This document shows positions 39,280-52,671 of a stretch of 64,000 bases of DNA, one piece after another. The notes below the pieces were generated by a model, which was not told the DNA's origin, ran no database searches, and was given only the letters and a program-made list of their open reading frames with translations. How positions within the stretch are numbered: the stretch's first letter is position 1; the number at the start of each line of letters is the position of its first letter. Source of the DNA: Eledone cirrhosa (Eukaryota). Position numbers and translations under genes: made by a program. The DNA is taken from positions 180,668,001-180,732,000 of the forward strand of contig OZ024740.1 in assembly GCA_964016885.1 (NCBI GenBank), written 5' to 3'.

Positions 39280-40626
39280 TTATTTTCAATGTTTTGTATA
39301 AGTTCATTGGGACTTTAATCATTTGTAAATGAGGTAGTCCCACACCAGTTAGAAAGGGTTTGACGAAATTGTGTTCATTAGTTCTTTGTTGTTTGTGTTC
39401 ATGTATATATATTGTAAAGTCTTTTTTTGCGTAGCAGTTAGTGTTGTGTGACGGGGAGGGGTGGTTTGTATATAGTTTATTTTCTCTTGGGGAGGGTTTA
39501 TGTTAATAAGTCTGTCTGTGGTGCGCCTCATCTTCTTTCTTTTTACTATTTGGAAGGGATCTTTTTCGTCTTGCGACGAAAGGGGTTCGTCTTCCTTGTT
39601 GGGTGGGAGGGGTATACTTTCTGGTAGTGTTTGCGGTGTGTGTGTTTTTGTATTTGTTTTGGGTGGGGAGGGGTTGGGTGGGACAGTGTTCTGTGTTGTT
39701 TTTTCACGTGTTTGTTGTTGTTGTGGTGGTGGTGGTGTTGTTGGTTTGTGTTGTTGTGGTTGTTTTTGTTGTTGTTGGAGTGGTGGTGGTGTTGGTTGTT
39801 TTTGATGTTGTTGTTGGGGTGTTGGTAGCAATGTTTTTTTCGGTGTGAGCTGGGGACAGGCAGCCCTCAGGTGACCTATGTTGCCACAGAGGTAACAGGA
39901 GGGACGCCTACCCTCCACAATAATGTTGAGGTGGGTACGGTCATCCAGCATGACGCATTCAGGGATTTGGGCGATACGTTCTGGCCTTGTTTGGGTCAGA
40001 ATTTCAATGCTCGTTCCACTGAACGCGTCGTCGGATGCCTTCCCTATTGATATAAGGTTGTCCTCGTCCAAGTTGAGGTAACCTGTTAGTAACCACCAGT
40101 AGTTTATGTTTGGGGTGATGGTGGTTATCTAAATTCTTTGGGGTTTTTTACCCATGTAGGTTGGAAAAAAGGTGTAATGCGTGGAACGAATTGGCGACAC
40201 AGAATATTTTTTCGCCGCCAATTCGTCTTTCATCAATATGGATAAACTCCCATAGAGTTTATCCTTATGTATGAAAATTATGTCCGTCATAGCCTCTTTC
40301 AGGACCAACTTAATTTCAGCTTGAGATGGTTGGGCTGGTTTTTTTTTTATACGGAATACAACAGTTCGTAATTCCGTCTGTTTTCTTAGTTCTGGGGGCG
40401 AATTGATGGAAAAAGATCCATTTTCGCAAAAAGATACATATTTTTTTGCTTTTTCAAGCATTTCTTTTGCATTTGTTATATCCTCAAGCATATAGGTGAC
40501 TGATATTTTAGCAGTCTGTGCAAAAGATATTTTGTTTTCGTTTTTGTTGTTGTTTTCTTTCTCATTTGGTGTGTTGGTTTTGTCATTGTTAGTGTTTTCG
40601 TTGTAATTAATTGGGTTTGCACCCAT
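39280..40626 (-). pseudogene. Tx1 ORF1 (gag-like, CCHC knuckle, Pro/Gln/Thr-rich tail), interrupted
   Basis: SFAQTAK motif and IIVEGRRPSCYLCGNIGHLRAACP. Confidence 0.85.
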
Positions 40627-40990
40627 ATTTACTTGTTAATCCGATATATCGCCTTTTACAAAGTCTTTTAAAACGTTGGCGCGGGAAATCAAAACGCTTT
40701 GTACCGCTCGCTTCTTTCAATCTTTTTCCTTAGTGAGCGTGGCGTTTTCGTTCATACGTGCTACAGACATGGCCTCAATCTTTTACCATGTGAGTCAGCA
40801 AACATTTTTGGAGTAGTTTTTACCCCGAAAAGGGGTAAAAATACGATGACCACCCGTCTACAGACCTAGCCGTGTGGTTAAAAGACACGAAGACAACACA
40901 ATAAAGAGACAAACACTTACTGTCAATAGGTAAACATTCAAAAAGGCTGGAGCCGATGTTGTACGTCTATACTATGCGAGATAGATAGAT

Positions 40991-41309
40991 TTCTTTATTA
41001 GCCACAAGGGCGCAACAAGAAAGGGGACAATACAAAGACATGCCGGGGATTTTACATACAGTCGTGTAAAAAATATAAAAACAAACAATTTCAACAATCG
41101 AAATCCCCAATAGGGGGAGGCGCCACAAATGGGTTGTTTAATACCCCGTCGATAGAACAACCCTCAACTCAAGGAGCGTGTTGTGCAAGTGCTCCTTTCT
41201 TCCTTTTGCTCTCTTCCTCAACCTACAGGCTTATAAACAGAGAAGGCCCAATCACTCGGGCCATTTTCGCTTCATTCACCCACCTTTCAGTAAATTTACT
41301 GGGGTGCAG
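40991..41309 (-). mobile_element. Short 5'-truncated Tx1 3' end with 16-bp target-site duplication
   Basis: Homologous to 41345-41680. TGCGAGATAGATAGAT occurs at 40975-40990 and 41310-41325. Confidence 0.8.
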
Positions 41310-41313
41310 TGCG

Positions 41314-41344
<31 letters not shown>

Positions 41345-41345
<1 letters not shown>

Positions 41346-43812
41346 TTCTTTATTTGCCACAGTGGCGCACACAACGGGACATTACAAGATGTGACGGTGG
41401 GGTTTTTACATACAATCTTTAACAATGATAAATAACAATAAACTATATAAAAATAAAACAACGAAATCTCCATTAGAGGAGGGCGTAACGCTACTGCAGG
41501 GTTGTTTTACACCCCGTAGATAGAACAACCCTCAACACCAGGAACACGTGTTGTAGATGTTCCCGTCTTTCCTCTGTTTATCTTCCTCAACCTACAGGTT
41601 TATATACAGAAAAGTCCAATTCACATGGGCCATTTTCACCACATTGACACACATTTCAGCAAATTTACTGGGGTGTAGCACCTCTCACTCCACTCTCACC
41701 TTCCTTCTGAAGTGGTACTTAAAGAGTTGGTGTCCGGAGAGAAAGGTGTTTGCCCTCAGTCCTTTTAACCTCGTCCACCATATTACCTCTTTCGCCATAG
41801 CCACTAGACAAAAGTAGAGGAAAGCCACCTCTCCTTCATTCTTAAATGAAGGCGATGGAGTGATCCTCACGATGGACTCGGCTGACAACTGGATGCGTCC
41901 CAAACGTGACATTAGCTGTTCCACATAATTCCACAGGTCAGTCGTCCCTGGACACTGAACAATTGCGTGCAGGACGGTTTCGATATCCTGCTCGCACCTT
42001 GGGCAGGTCCTTTTTGCAGGATCTCTGCCAGGGCGTGTGTGCCTGTAGATTTTGTCTAAACTGGTAGAGCTCCTCGATAGTACTGCTAGGCCACAGACCT
42101 CTGGAAATTATCCATAGGCCCTGGACAGAAAGCCCTTCCAAAGAGACTGGTCAGTTCGTCCTCCTCGATGCCTAGAGTTTCCCCGAGAATGTCGTCGCAC
42201 ATATCCTCCACTAATCCCCTATAGAATATCAAAGTAGAGTCTCCGCTGATTGCCGTTTCCGCTTGGTAGAGGTCTCTCAGCGCCTGAAGGCACTCGAGGT
42301 GCCAGCCGCCCATTTTCGGTCTTCGCTTGACCCAGGACTGCAGCTTTATTAGTGAGACGAGTTGAAGAAGAGCTGGTCTTACAAACGACACACCGGTCAG
42401 GAATACCTGGAGATGGCGTAGCCTCAGCGCTTGTCTGCGCATCATCAGCCACGGCATGCCCAGACATCCGTGTTGACAGCAGATGGATCTCTTCACCAAT
42501 GGAGCCTGATTCTTCCAGAGGAACTTGAAGTGTAGGCGTTCCATTTTGGTGAGTTATTCGCGGGGACAAGGCATGACTGTCAAGCGGTAGTAGATGACGG
42601 ACTCTATGTAAGTGTTCGCCACCTCCGCTTGATCTTTCAAGGAGAGTTTGCACTCAGTCCACTTCTGGGTGAGTGCAAACACCTTCGCCGTGACATCGTT
42701 CCAGTACTTGTCATCCTGGAGGTCTGGACCAAACCAGAACCCGAGCAATTTCACCGGTCCTTCCGTCGAGCCTCCAACGACACTGTCGGAAGGCATGGGT
42801 TTGCCTCTCCATGAGCCGAGTTGCAAACCGACAGACTTGCTTGGGTTTAGTTCTGCTCCTGTCAACGTTTCGTATTCCTGTAATAGTTTTCGATACCATT
42901 ACGGTTATGTCATTGGCATAGGCCGACGCTACTCCCCGCAGTCTTGATTCGATCGGGATGCCCTGCAACAGCGCCAACTTCCGCAGAAATGGTTCGAAAG
43001 TCAGTACATACAGAATGGAAGAGAGAGGGCATCTCTGACGGATGGAACGCATGATTTGGAATTTCTCCGAAAGGTATCACTTCACCTTGACTGCCGAGCA
43101 GATACTGGGGTGCATGGCAGCGATCCAGCTTCTGAAGACGGGACCGGAGCCGGTGGCCTTGAGAACCAATTTCAAGTATTGATGGTCGACCATATCAAAT
43201 ACCTTAGACTGATCTAAATTGATGAAAGCCCCACCGAAGCCAGGTTTACACCCTACCCTCTCTATGATGTATCGCATGAGGTGGAGGTTGTCGTGTATGG
43301 ACCTGGTCGGGATTGCACACGTTTGCGTTTCCCCTACCAGTTTCTCGACGACAAGCGCCAGTCGCGTTGCTAACACCTTGGCCAACATCTTTAACTCTGT
43401 GTTGAGCAGAGTTATGGGCCTGAAATTGCATATCTCATCCACCTTGTTCTCATATTTCCTCATCAGCGTTACTACGCCTCTGCTTACATAACTCGGAATC
43501 CTCCCGTTCTGCTGCCAGTTGCAGTAGACGTCTTCGATGACGCCAGAGAACATGTCTGGCATGTCGATGTAAAACTCATAGGGTAGACCATCTAAACCGT
43601 GTGATTTGCGGCCTAGGGCATCTTCTATCTCGCCCGCTGTGATCGGCCTTTCGCAGCTTTCTGCATCCGTGCTCGAGAGTCGTGTTACGCCGTCGAGGTA
43701 GGAACTGAAGTCCATCACCTCGTTCGACGTACCGCTTTGCCCGAACAGTTGTGCAAAGTGCTGCTGGAAGGCCGTGCACATCTGCTTCGATTCAAGTAGG
43801 ATGCGTCCATCT
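41345..43812 (-). mobile_element. 5'-truncated Tx1 LINE (RT and C-terminus)
   Basis: FRPITLLNTE, LDQSKVFD, SAYAND and KLLGFWFG. The 3' end is AATAAAGAAA followed by (TCTA)n. Confidence 0.9.
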
Positions 43813-44067
43813 TAATTATGATTGCAAGCGAATGAACTTATATGTGTTGTTGCACTCGAAGAACGCACGTACATGCACTGGCGAATACAGGGGGTATGGG
43901 TATGTGTGTATTAATACAGTTGTAACCTGTTTGTATCTAAATGTGTGAATATGTGTATATATGTATGTGTTTACTTATGTATTTTGTGCGTATGAAGGTG
44001 AACATATGCAGATGTGTTTGTTATTGTTTGTATTTATATATGCATATGTATGTCGCTTTATATATAT

Positions 44068-45205
44068 AGTAACATTCTGTTATAACGTGATTGACCGTTT
44101 GTTATTACCTCGTATTTAATAATTAGAGGATAAATGAATATGACTGTATCATGCAATAGACTATAAATATATACAGTGAACGCCTGTCATTTGTGGTCCC
44201 GATTATTCACGGAATTCTCCTTAGAACCTAACAAATAATGTAAACTACTGGATATTAGCGGCAATATATATATATTGTTCACGCTTTTTTACGCTAAATC
44301 ATTAATAAAAATATATCGTATTTGGTGGCCTATATCTAACTCTTATATGTTGACGTTTATAGGCGTTTTTTTCGACCATGTCCAATATACGCCATTTTTC
44401 CGATCTTCGCGGGTGCTCTAGGAACGTAAACCCTGCGAATAACGGGGAACAACTGTATTTCAAATATATTCAAATGTTTCCTTCGTTTGTTTTCTGTCAT
44501 ATTCTAAATTTGCGTAAATAAAACCTTCTCAATCCTTTAAATTATTTTTTTTAGGTACAAATGTATGTGAGTGTGGGTGTGTGTGTTTCAGATACGTTGT
44601 TAGGAAAAATGTTTGAATAGGCTTCGTAGCAGGTAAACCTAACCCAAAAGGGATGCAACTCTAGGGGGTTCCCGGAAGCTAATAAATAGTGTTTTAGAAC
44701 CCAGAATTTTTAATAGCCCATCTGGTGGCTTCTGCCTTTAACCCTGCTCGTGGTTTTCTGTAATATTCTCTTAATTTCAAAAATATTTGATCTTCTGCTA
44801 AAATCAATCGAATCTATTAAGGTCGTGACTTTCTGTGAAATTCTTAATTTCGACAATTCATTACAATTGTTTTTGTGTGTGTGTGTATGTGTGCATATGC
44901 ATATGTATACATTTATATGTATGAGAATATAAATATAAATACACATATTATCACAAAAATCCACAAACAGCGTGCTGCAAGGAGAAAAAGACCGAAAAGT
45001 TTTTTAATTTGTTTCGTTGTAGCGAGGAATTTTGACTGCCTGGGGCTAAATTTTCGTTCATTGTACTGAAATATTCGTTGTAAGATTTTCGTTATAAGGA
45101 GATACTTGTATCGTTGTTTTAATGAGATTGTGGCCGGAGATTGAAACAAATTTTGTTATACTGAAAAATTCGTTATAATTGTATTCGTTTTAACAGAATT
45201 TTACT
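44068..45205. mobile_element. Tigger/pogo-like non-autonomous DNA transposon (outer)
   Basis: TIR-like ends AGTAACATTCTGTTATAACG and CGTTTTAACAGAATTTTACT, in a TA context. Confidence 0.55.
44174..44455. mobile_element. Nested Tigger/pogo-like MITE
   Basis: TA|CAGTGAACGCCTGTCATTTGTGG ... CCTGCGAATAACGGGGAACAACTG|TA. Confidence 0.55.
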
Positions 45206-45495
45206 TGTATATATATATATATATATGTTTTGGTAGATATCCGTAATAGGAAGGCAGGGTAAACAGTGCTCAATCGGTTGAAACAGGGCTTATTTAGTAT
45301 ATACAAAGTTTAATAGCCTTAGAATATATGCGTGCCCATTGGTTTCGGAGCACAACCACGAACACCAAAATATTTTTAAAAGTGTCTCCTCTAAAATTCA
45401 GTGGTGGCCATGACTGCACCCAGAAACCAATGGTGGGACATACAAGCTGAGTGAATATATATATATATATATATATACGTACCCCCCCCCCCCCC

Positions 45496-45543
<48 letters not shown>

Positions 45544-45699
45544 ACGGCGATGAATTAGTTTTGCGAGGTTTTTTATATGAAATCGTGTGTCGAAACAAAT
45601 ATTGTTATACTTGGGGAGGGTCATATTTGTGTAATATTGCCAGAATTAATAATAGAATACACTAACGCATTAACGGTAAGGAAGTTCGAAATCTCACCA

Positions 45700-48600
45700 C
45701 ACCAAACGAGAGGGATGACTTCATGAGCGTCATTCGACGTGAAACTAATAACGCCCGAAACTAATGTAATAGGCATTTCAATAAGAAATTAGAATGGATG
45801 AATAAGAAAAAAACTAGAAGAAAGAAAAATAGAATATTCTCAAAAATACCCAGATAACATCAACAATATCCGTATTACTGATGTAGAACTACCGGAAGAA
45901 TTTACCAATGAACACAAAGTAAATATTTATGGGAACACTTTAATCAGTGAACAAGAACAACAAATCGTGCGACTACCACCAAAATGTGCTATCTACGAAA
46001 AGATTAACCTTATTGAGTGCAAAACGGAGCTGGACAAGTGTTTCACAAAAATACGTTGGAATGCAAAAGCAAACAACAACAACAATAATAACGGTAGTAG
46101 TAATATAAATAATAACTCTGAGTATTGAAATAACAACTATAATAGTAATAGTCATAACAATAGAAGGAGAGTGAGAAATAGTAATAATGGTAATAATATT
46201 AACGATAGACAGAACAACAACAACAACCACAATAATAATAATTATAGAAACGTTAACTAAAGACACAGCAGCAGCGACCACAGTAGTAATAACGGTAACA
46301 ATACGAATAACAAAAACAACCACAGTGGTAATAATAGAAATAATATATATAGCAACATTAATGATAGACATAACAAAAACAAGAAACATAATAAAAGTAA
46401 CAACCACAATGGTAGAAATAACAGTAACAACAACGATAACGGTGAGTAAACAAAAATCACAACAATACATCTAGCAATCATAACAACAATACATCTACAA
46501 TCACAGCAACAATATGTCTAGCAATCATAACAACAATACATCTAACAATCACAGCAACAATACATCTAGCAATCATAACAATAATAATAATGCTAATGAT
46601 AGGAACAACAACCACCATAATAACAATAATAGCAACACACACAACTATGACGATAGATATAATGACAACCCCTTAGAGAAACTATTCTTCAACCCAGCTG
46701 ACAAAATATATAAGATGAGTAATATCTATCCTACGAGGTTACCCTTTAATAAAAGAGTTTGCATACCACAACAAATAGATGACGTGACAGAGGCACAGTT
46801 CACCATAGCTAGAAATAAGATAAGACAAACAGTAGACCGGTATACTAAGAGACAGAGCAGACCAAAGGTCCAACAACTTGGGAAGAAACCTGTAGAAGGC
46901 TTGGTTAGCCTCAAGCAGCGCACAAGGGATGGTGAGGTAGTATGTCTACCCACGGATAAGTCTGGTAGTGTGTCAATAGACAGCATGCCGAAATACATAA
47001 AGGCTATGTATCCCCACATCACCCACACGAGCGAAATTGCACAGAAAATACATGATGGGAGAGAGAAAATCCTCAACGCTCACATAAAGATGTGCACCAA
47101 CATCTTAAATACAAGCAGGCGCACTGCCAACAACTTCCAGGCGTCTGACAATGGCATACCACCCTTGTATGGGCTCCGCAAAGACCACAAGACAGTCGAC
47201 ATGACCACCAACAAGACCCGTATGCGGAGCAAATATAGCTAGCAACTACAGGATCTCCTACTTCCTCTCAATGGTTATACGCCCCATAATCAAGATGTCC
47301 CCAGATGTATGTGACAGTACGGAGGACATCCTCAGCAGAATCAGTGAGTGCAACAAAAACAGGAACCTATCCAACTGCATAATAGGCAGCAAGGATGTGG
47401 TATCACTGTACCCATCCATTAACAATGATTTTGCTGTGGAAAAATGTGTGGATATGATCATTGAGAGTGAGGTGGAGTTCTGCGACGTCGACACAGACGA
47501 ACTGGGTTCCCTACTTAGACTTACCTACGACACTGACTACCTAGACAGCCATGGACATAGACGTTTCTTCCCCAGTAGACCCATAAGAGGTACCCCCCAC
47601 CATAACCTCAATGGCTAAAAAGACTCCCATGGGAAGGTGGATTGGGTGGAGCAAAGCTATACGGACCCCCTAAAACAATGATCGGGTAAGAAAAATGGTC
47701 GCACATGCAATAAGGGCTAGTATCAAAACTACCCTAAAGGGCCACAAATTCAAGTTCAACGAGAAGATCTACACCCAAAATGAGGGAGCAGCCATTGGCG
47801 TCAGCATAGCTGGTGATGTTGCCAACGTTTTTATGGTATGGTGGGAAAGGAGACTTAAAGATCTCCTTGATGAGAGCTCCATAGACCTCATCATCTACTC
47901 TCGTTACGTAGACGATATCAATATAGTAATAAGAGCATCCCCACAAGAGAGCACTAACAAGTTTGATTTAGAACGTAGCACAATGGAAAGCATCCTGCAG
48001 ATAGATAATTCCATGCACCAGAGTATAACTGTAACTATCGACTACCCTTCCAAACACCCTAACAATAGACTACCTATATTAGACACGGAACTCCGGATTA
48101 ACACTATAGACGAGAGAACCCAACTTCTCCACTCATACTATGCTAAACCCATGGCCTCCAAATACGTGATACTCAAACACTCAGCAATGTCCAGTAGTGC
48201 TAAGTTTAATATTCTAATCGCAGACTTGGTACGAATGATGAAGAACGTGTCCCGCATGTGCGACCCAACAGAAATGGAAAGACACATCCAACACTTTATC
48301 AACTGCATGCAGTTCTCTAGCTACAACCAAAGAGACAGAATCAGTGTATACGAAGGAGCTACGGAGAAGTATAATACCCTCATAGACCTGGACATGAAAG
48401 GAATTTGCCCATCATACAGGAGCAATTCATAGAATAGCTTAGATAGGGCTAGACATAAGATAGGGAAAGCCACCTCATGGTACGACAACCAGAGATACGA
48501 GAGTGTCATGTTTGTGGACGCTACCTCTGGAGGGAAATTAGCTAACCAGTGTAGAAAGGCATGAGAAAGACCCACTTAAAGATTAAGGTAGTAGAAAAGC

Positions 48601-49020
48601 CAGGAACCACCATAAAATCTCTGATCAGCAAAACGTACCCTTTTAAGAAAACCCACTGTACTAATAGGAAATGTATCTTATGTAAAGTAAACCGCCGGAT
48701 AAACTGTAAAACTAGAAACGTAGTCTATAGCATAAGATGTACAGAGCGTGCTTGCAGAAACATGACAACAGCATACGTAGTCGAGACAGCTCGTAGCATT
48801 GGTGGAAGGATAGACCAACACTGGGGGGGGGGGGGGGCTAAAAAGACGAAAAAACGGTTCAGTACTATACGAACATGCCAGACAACAACACGACGGTAAC
48901 ATAGACAACATAGAAATTAGAATAATATCTAAACATAGAAATGACCCAGCAGATAGGCAAATCAGAGAAGCCAGTGAAATAGAACTTAGAAGGCCAAGGC
49001 TAAACAGAAAAAAATGAATG
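45700..49020 (+). pseudogene. PLE polyprotein remnant (RT + GIY-YIG) with Asn-rich insertion
   Basis: LPPK...KIRW, PTDKSG, LYGLRKDHK, KDVVSLYPSI, QNEGAAIG, RYVDD, LPILD, KVVEKPG, CTNRKCILC and NVVYSIRC...YVVETAR...RIDQH. Confidence 0.88.
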
Positions 49021-49066
49021 GAATAACAACACCACCCAAACAAACAACACTGACGTAAGAGAAGTA

Positions 49067-49117
<51 letters not shown>

Positions 49118-51680
49118 CTTTCTTTTTATTTGCCACCAGGGCATCAAAAAGTAGGACAAGTACAATGGGGGGGGGGGGGGCGTTTACAAAAAAGACGTCC
49201 TCAATAAGGAGGAGGCAATAACAAGATATAAAAATAAATTAAAATATAATAAAAATAGATTTTATAACAAAATCCTCAACAGGAGGAGGCGCCTTGGGGG
49301 ATCGCACACACACCCTAAAAAAAGTGTGCAACCCTTCTCCTCAGGGGCACAGAGAGGGGGTGCTCCCTTGATCTTTCATCATCTTCACCTATAGTTTGAT
49401 GTAGAGTGTAGGCCCATTCACACGGGCCATTCTCGCCACTTTCACCCATCTTTCATAAACACGGCTGGGGTGCAGCACCTCTCTGATCCTTCTTCCGAAA
49501 TGATATCGGAAGAAACGGACCAGTTGTTGGCAAGAGAGAAAGGTGCCTGACCTCAATCCTTTCAGACTGTCCATCATACAACCTCTTTCGCTATGGCTAT
49601 TACGCACAGAAAAACCGCTTCTCCTTCGTTTTTGAAGAAGGGAGGCGGCTTGATTGTTACAATAGACTCGGTGGTCAACCGGATCGATCCCACCCTTGAC
49701 AGCAGTTGTTCGACATAGCCCAACAGATCGGCAATCCTCGAGCAATGTACCAATACGTTTGCAACGCTTTCCTCGTCGCACGCGCATCTGGGACAGATCT
49801 TTTCCGAGGGGTTCCTACCCGGGCGCACGTGCCTGTAGAGCCTTTCTCGAACGAGAAGTGCCCCTCGGTAGCATTGCCAGGCCAAGGACCTCTGGTAGAT
49901 ATCCATGGGTCCCGTGCTGAATGTCCTACCGAACAGGTTGGCCAGTTCGTCTTCCTCTATACCTAGGGCTTCTCCGAGGGCGTCGTCGCACCTGCTAACC
50001 ACCAGTCGTCTATAGAATGACGAGATGGATTCCCCACTGACAGCCGGGTCCCCCTGCCAGAGAGCCGCGTCCCCTGGGCACACTCGGTGTGCCAGGCGCA
50101 CATTTTTCTCGGTCTTTGCTTGACCTAGGATTGCAGCTCGGTTAGCGAGACGAGTCTGGGAAAGGCTCGCCTCACAAACGGGGCCCACACCGGTTGACCG
50201 GTGAGGAATACCTGGAGGTGCCGTAGCCTTAGTGCGTGTTTACGTATCATGGATCTCCTCACCATAGGAGCCTACTTCTTCCAAAGGAATTGGAAGAGTG
50301 TGCGCTCGATTTTGGCGAGAGTTTCCCTTCGGCAAGGCACAACGGTCAGGCGGTAGTAGATGACGGACGCTATATAATTGTTCGCCACCTCCTCCCGACC
50401 TTTCAGGGACATTTTGCACTCATCCCACTTCTGGATCAGTGCAAACACTCTGTTCGTTACCTCACCCCAGTTCTTCTCCAGCTGGAGGTCTGGTCCGAAC
50501 CAGACCCCGAGCAACTTCACCGGGCCCTCCGCCCAGCGCCCGACGACGCCATCGGAGGGCATCGATCTGCCCCTTCACGTGCCGAGTTGCAGACCGATCG
50601 ACTTGTCCCCATTCAGCTTAGCCCCTGTAAACCTTTCGTACTCCTCCAGTAATGTGCCGATCGCCCCGATTTCAGAGGCCCTCGACATCATTACTGTTAC
50701 GTCATCGGCGTAGGCCGACACCGCTTTCTGCAATCCCGGTCCCAACGGGATGCCCTGCAACAACTCCAACTTCCGCAGCAGTGGCTAGAGTCAGTACATA
50801 CAGAAGGGAGGAGAGAGGGCCCCCTTGTCGGATGGACAGCGCGATTTCGAACGGCTCCGAGAGGTAGCCGTTCACCTTGACCCTAGAGCAGATGCGGCTG
50901 TTGTGCATGGCATTGATCCAGCCCCTGAAAACGGGTCCGAAGCCTGCCGCCGCTAGCACCTCATCCAGGTAAACATGGTCGTCCCTATCGAACGCCTTAA
51001 TTGATCCAAGTTGATCATGGCCCCACCAAAGCCGGGTTCGTTCCCAACCCTCTCTATGATGTATCGCATGAGGTGGGAGTTGTCGTGGATGGACCTGGAC
51101 GGGATAGCACATGTCTGCGCATCTCCCACCAGGTTGCCCACGACAAGCACCAACCTCTTTGCTCGCACCTTGGCCAAAATCTGTAACTCTGTATTTAGCA
51201 GAGTTATGGGCCTGAAATGATTTATATCATCTCCCTTGTTCTCGTCCTTCCTCACTAGCATGACTACGCCCTTGGTCACAGCACAGGGAATTCTCCCGTT
51301 CTGTTGCCAGTTGCAGTAGACCGCCTCGAGGAGATGGGAGAACAAGTCCGGCATAGCTAGATATAGTTCGTATGTAAGACCATCGATAACCGGGGATTTG
51401 CGTTTGCCGCATTGGCTCAGCACGTCCTCTACCTCAGCGGCTGAAATCGGCTCCTTGCAGGACTTCGCCTACCTGTCCGAGAGACGCGGCAGGCCGTCGA
51501 GGTATGGACCGAAGTCCACTTCTCCAGCCGGCTCCCCACCCCTACCGAATAATCTGGCAAAGTGCTTTTGAAAAGCGTCGCACATCTGCTTAGCTTCAAG
51601 TATTACCCGTCCATCCTGGTCTCGCAAAGACCGGATAGTGGATCTACTCCCTCTTTTGGCTTCTGTCACGCGGGCCCAGC
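49118..51680 (-). mobile_element. 5'-truncated Tx1 LINE, close relative of the 35373 copy, within (TAAA)n
   Basis: RT motifs incl. SAYADD. (TAAA)n at 49066-49117 and 51681-51712. Confidence 0.9.
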
Positions 51681-52011
51681 TAAATAGATAAATAAATAAA
51701 TAAATAAATATATAAACATAATAAATAAAGATGGCGTAGACATACAATGCAACGGGAGGAAACAATAGCACCACTGACGATGTTGCAGTGGTGCAACGAA
51801 AGAAATTTGATAGACTATATATATGTGTTTGTGTCTATGTTGTATCTGTATTTTTGACCGTTGGTCAGTCAATGGCAACATTGAGGACCGAATAAATTAA
51901 ATTAACCGATATAAAAGACACTGAAGCGAAAAGCGAAAACCAACCAACCAGTGAGTGTGTTCTGTTATTAATTCTGGCAATATTACACAAATATGACCCT
52001 CCCCAAGTATA

Positions 52012-52524
<513 letters not shown>

Positions 52525-52564
52525 ACAAGAGTACACGATATTTGGGGTAGTAGAGTAGGTAATT

Positions 52565-52671
52565 TGAAAATATTCAGGAAGCCGACGGCTGATATCAGGC
52601 CGTTTCGACAGCGAGATTTGGTCTAGCTGCTGAAACGTCGGAGCTCAGCCATCAGGGTCCTGAATCTTTCA
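52565..52671. repeat. Diverged hairpin element related to 9196-9316
   Basis: AAAATATTCAGGAAGCCGACGGCTGATATCAGGCCGTTTCGAC is similar to 9200-9242 and has imperfect self-complementarity. Confidence 0.6.

Larger units (their letters stand above)
35373..40970 (-). mobile_element. Full-length, decayed Tx1-clade (L1 group) LINE
   Basis: 5' UTR, ORF1 with zinc knuckle, and ORF2 with APE and RT domains. The 3' end runs into (TCTA)n. Confidence 0.9.
45600..52011 (+). mobile_element. Decayed PLE (YVDD type) interrupted in its 3' region by a Tx1 insertion
   Basis: ORF remnants span 45700-49020. ~45606-45665 is inverted at ~51953-52011, with (TA)n on both flanks. Confidence 0.75.

Noticed and set aside
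45325-45410. Minus-strand GCTCC-GAAA-CCAATGG motif
   Set aside because: No acceptable CUGANGA or UH element.
45716-45760. TTCATGA-GCGTC attc GACGT-GAAA motif
   Set aside because: G5 is missing, there is no stem I/III, and it lies in a PLE coding frame (RDDFMSVIRRETN).
45973-46474. Hydrophobic V/I-rich and T/I-rich ORFs resembling membrane or mucin proteins
   Set aside because: Alternative frames of the Asn-rich PLE insert.
51765-51820. CTGACGA-tGTTGCA gtgg TGCAAC-GAAA hammerhead-like core in the 3' region of the 45.6-kb PLE
   Set aside because: The position is plausible, but no UH triplet or stem I/III could be built, and a competing hairpin (GCACCACTG/CAGTGGTGC) exists. Left uncalled.
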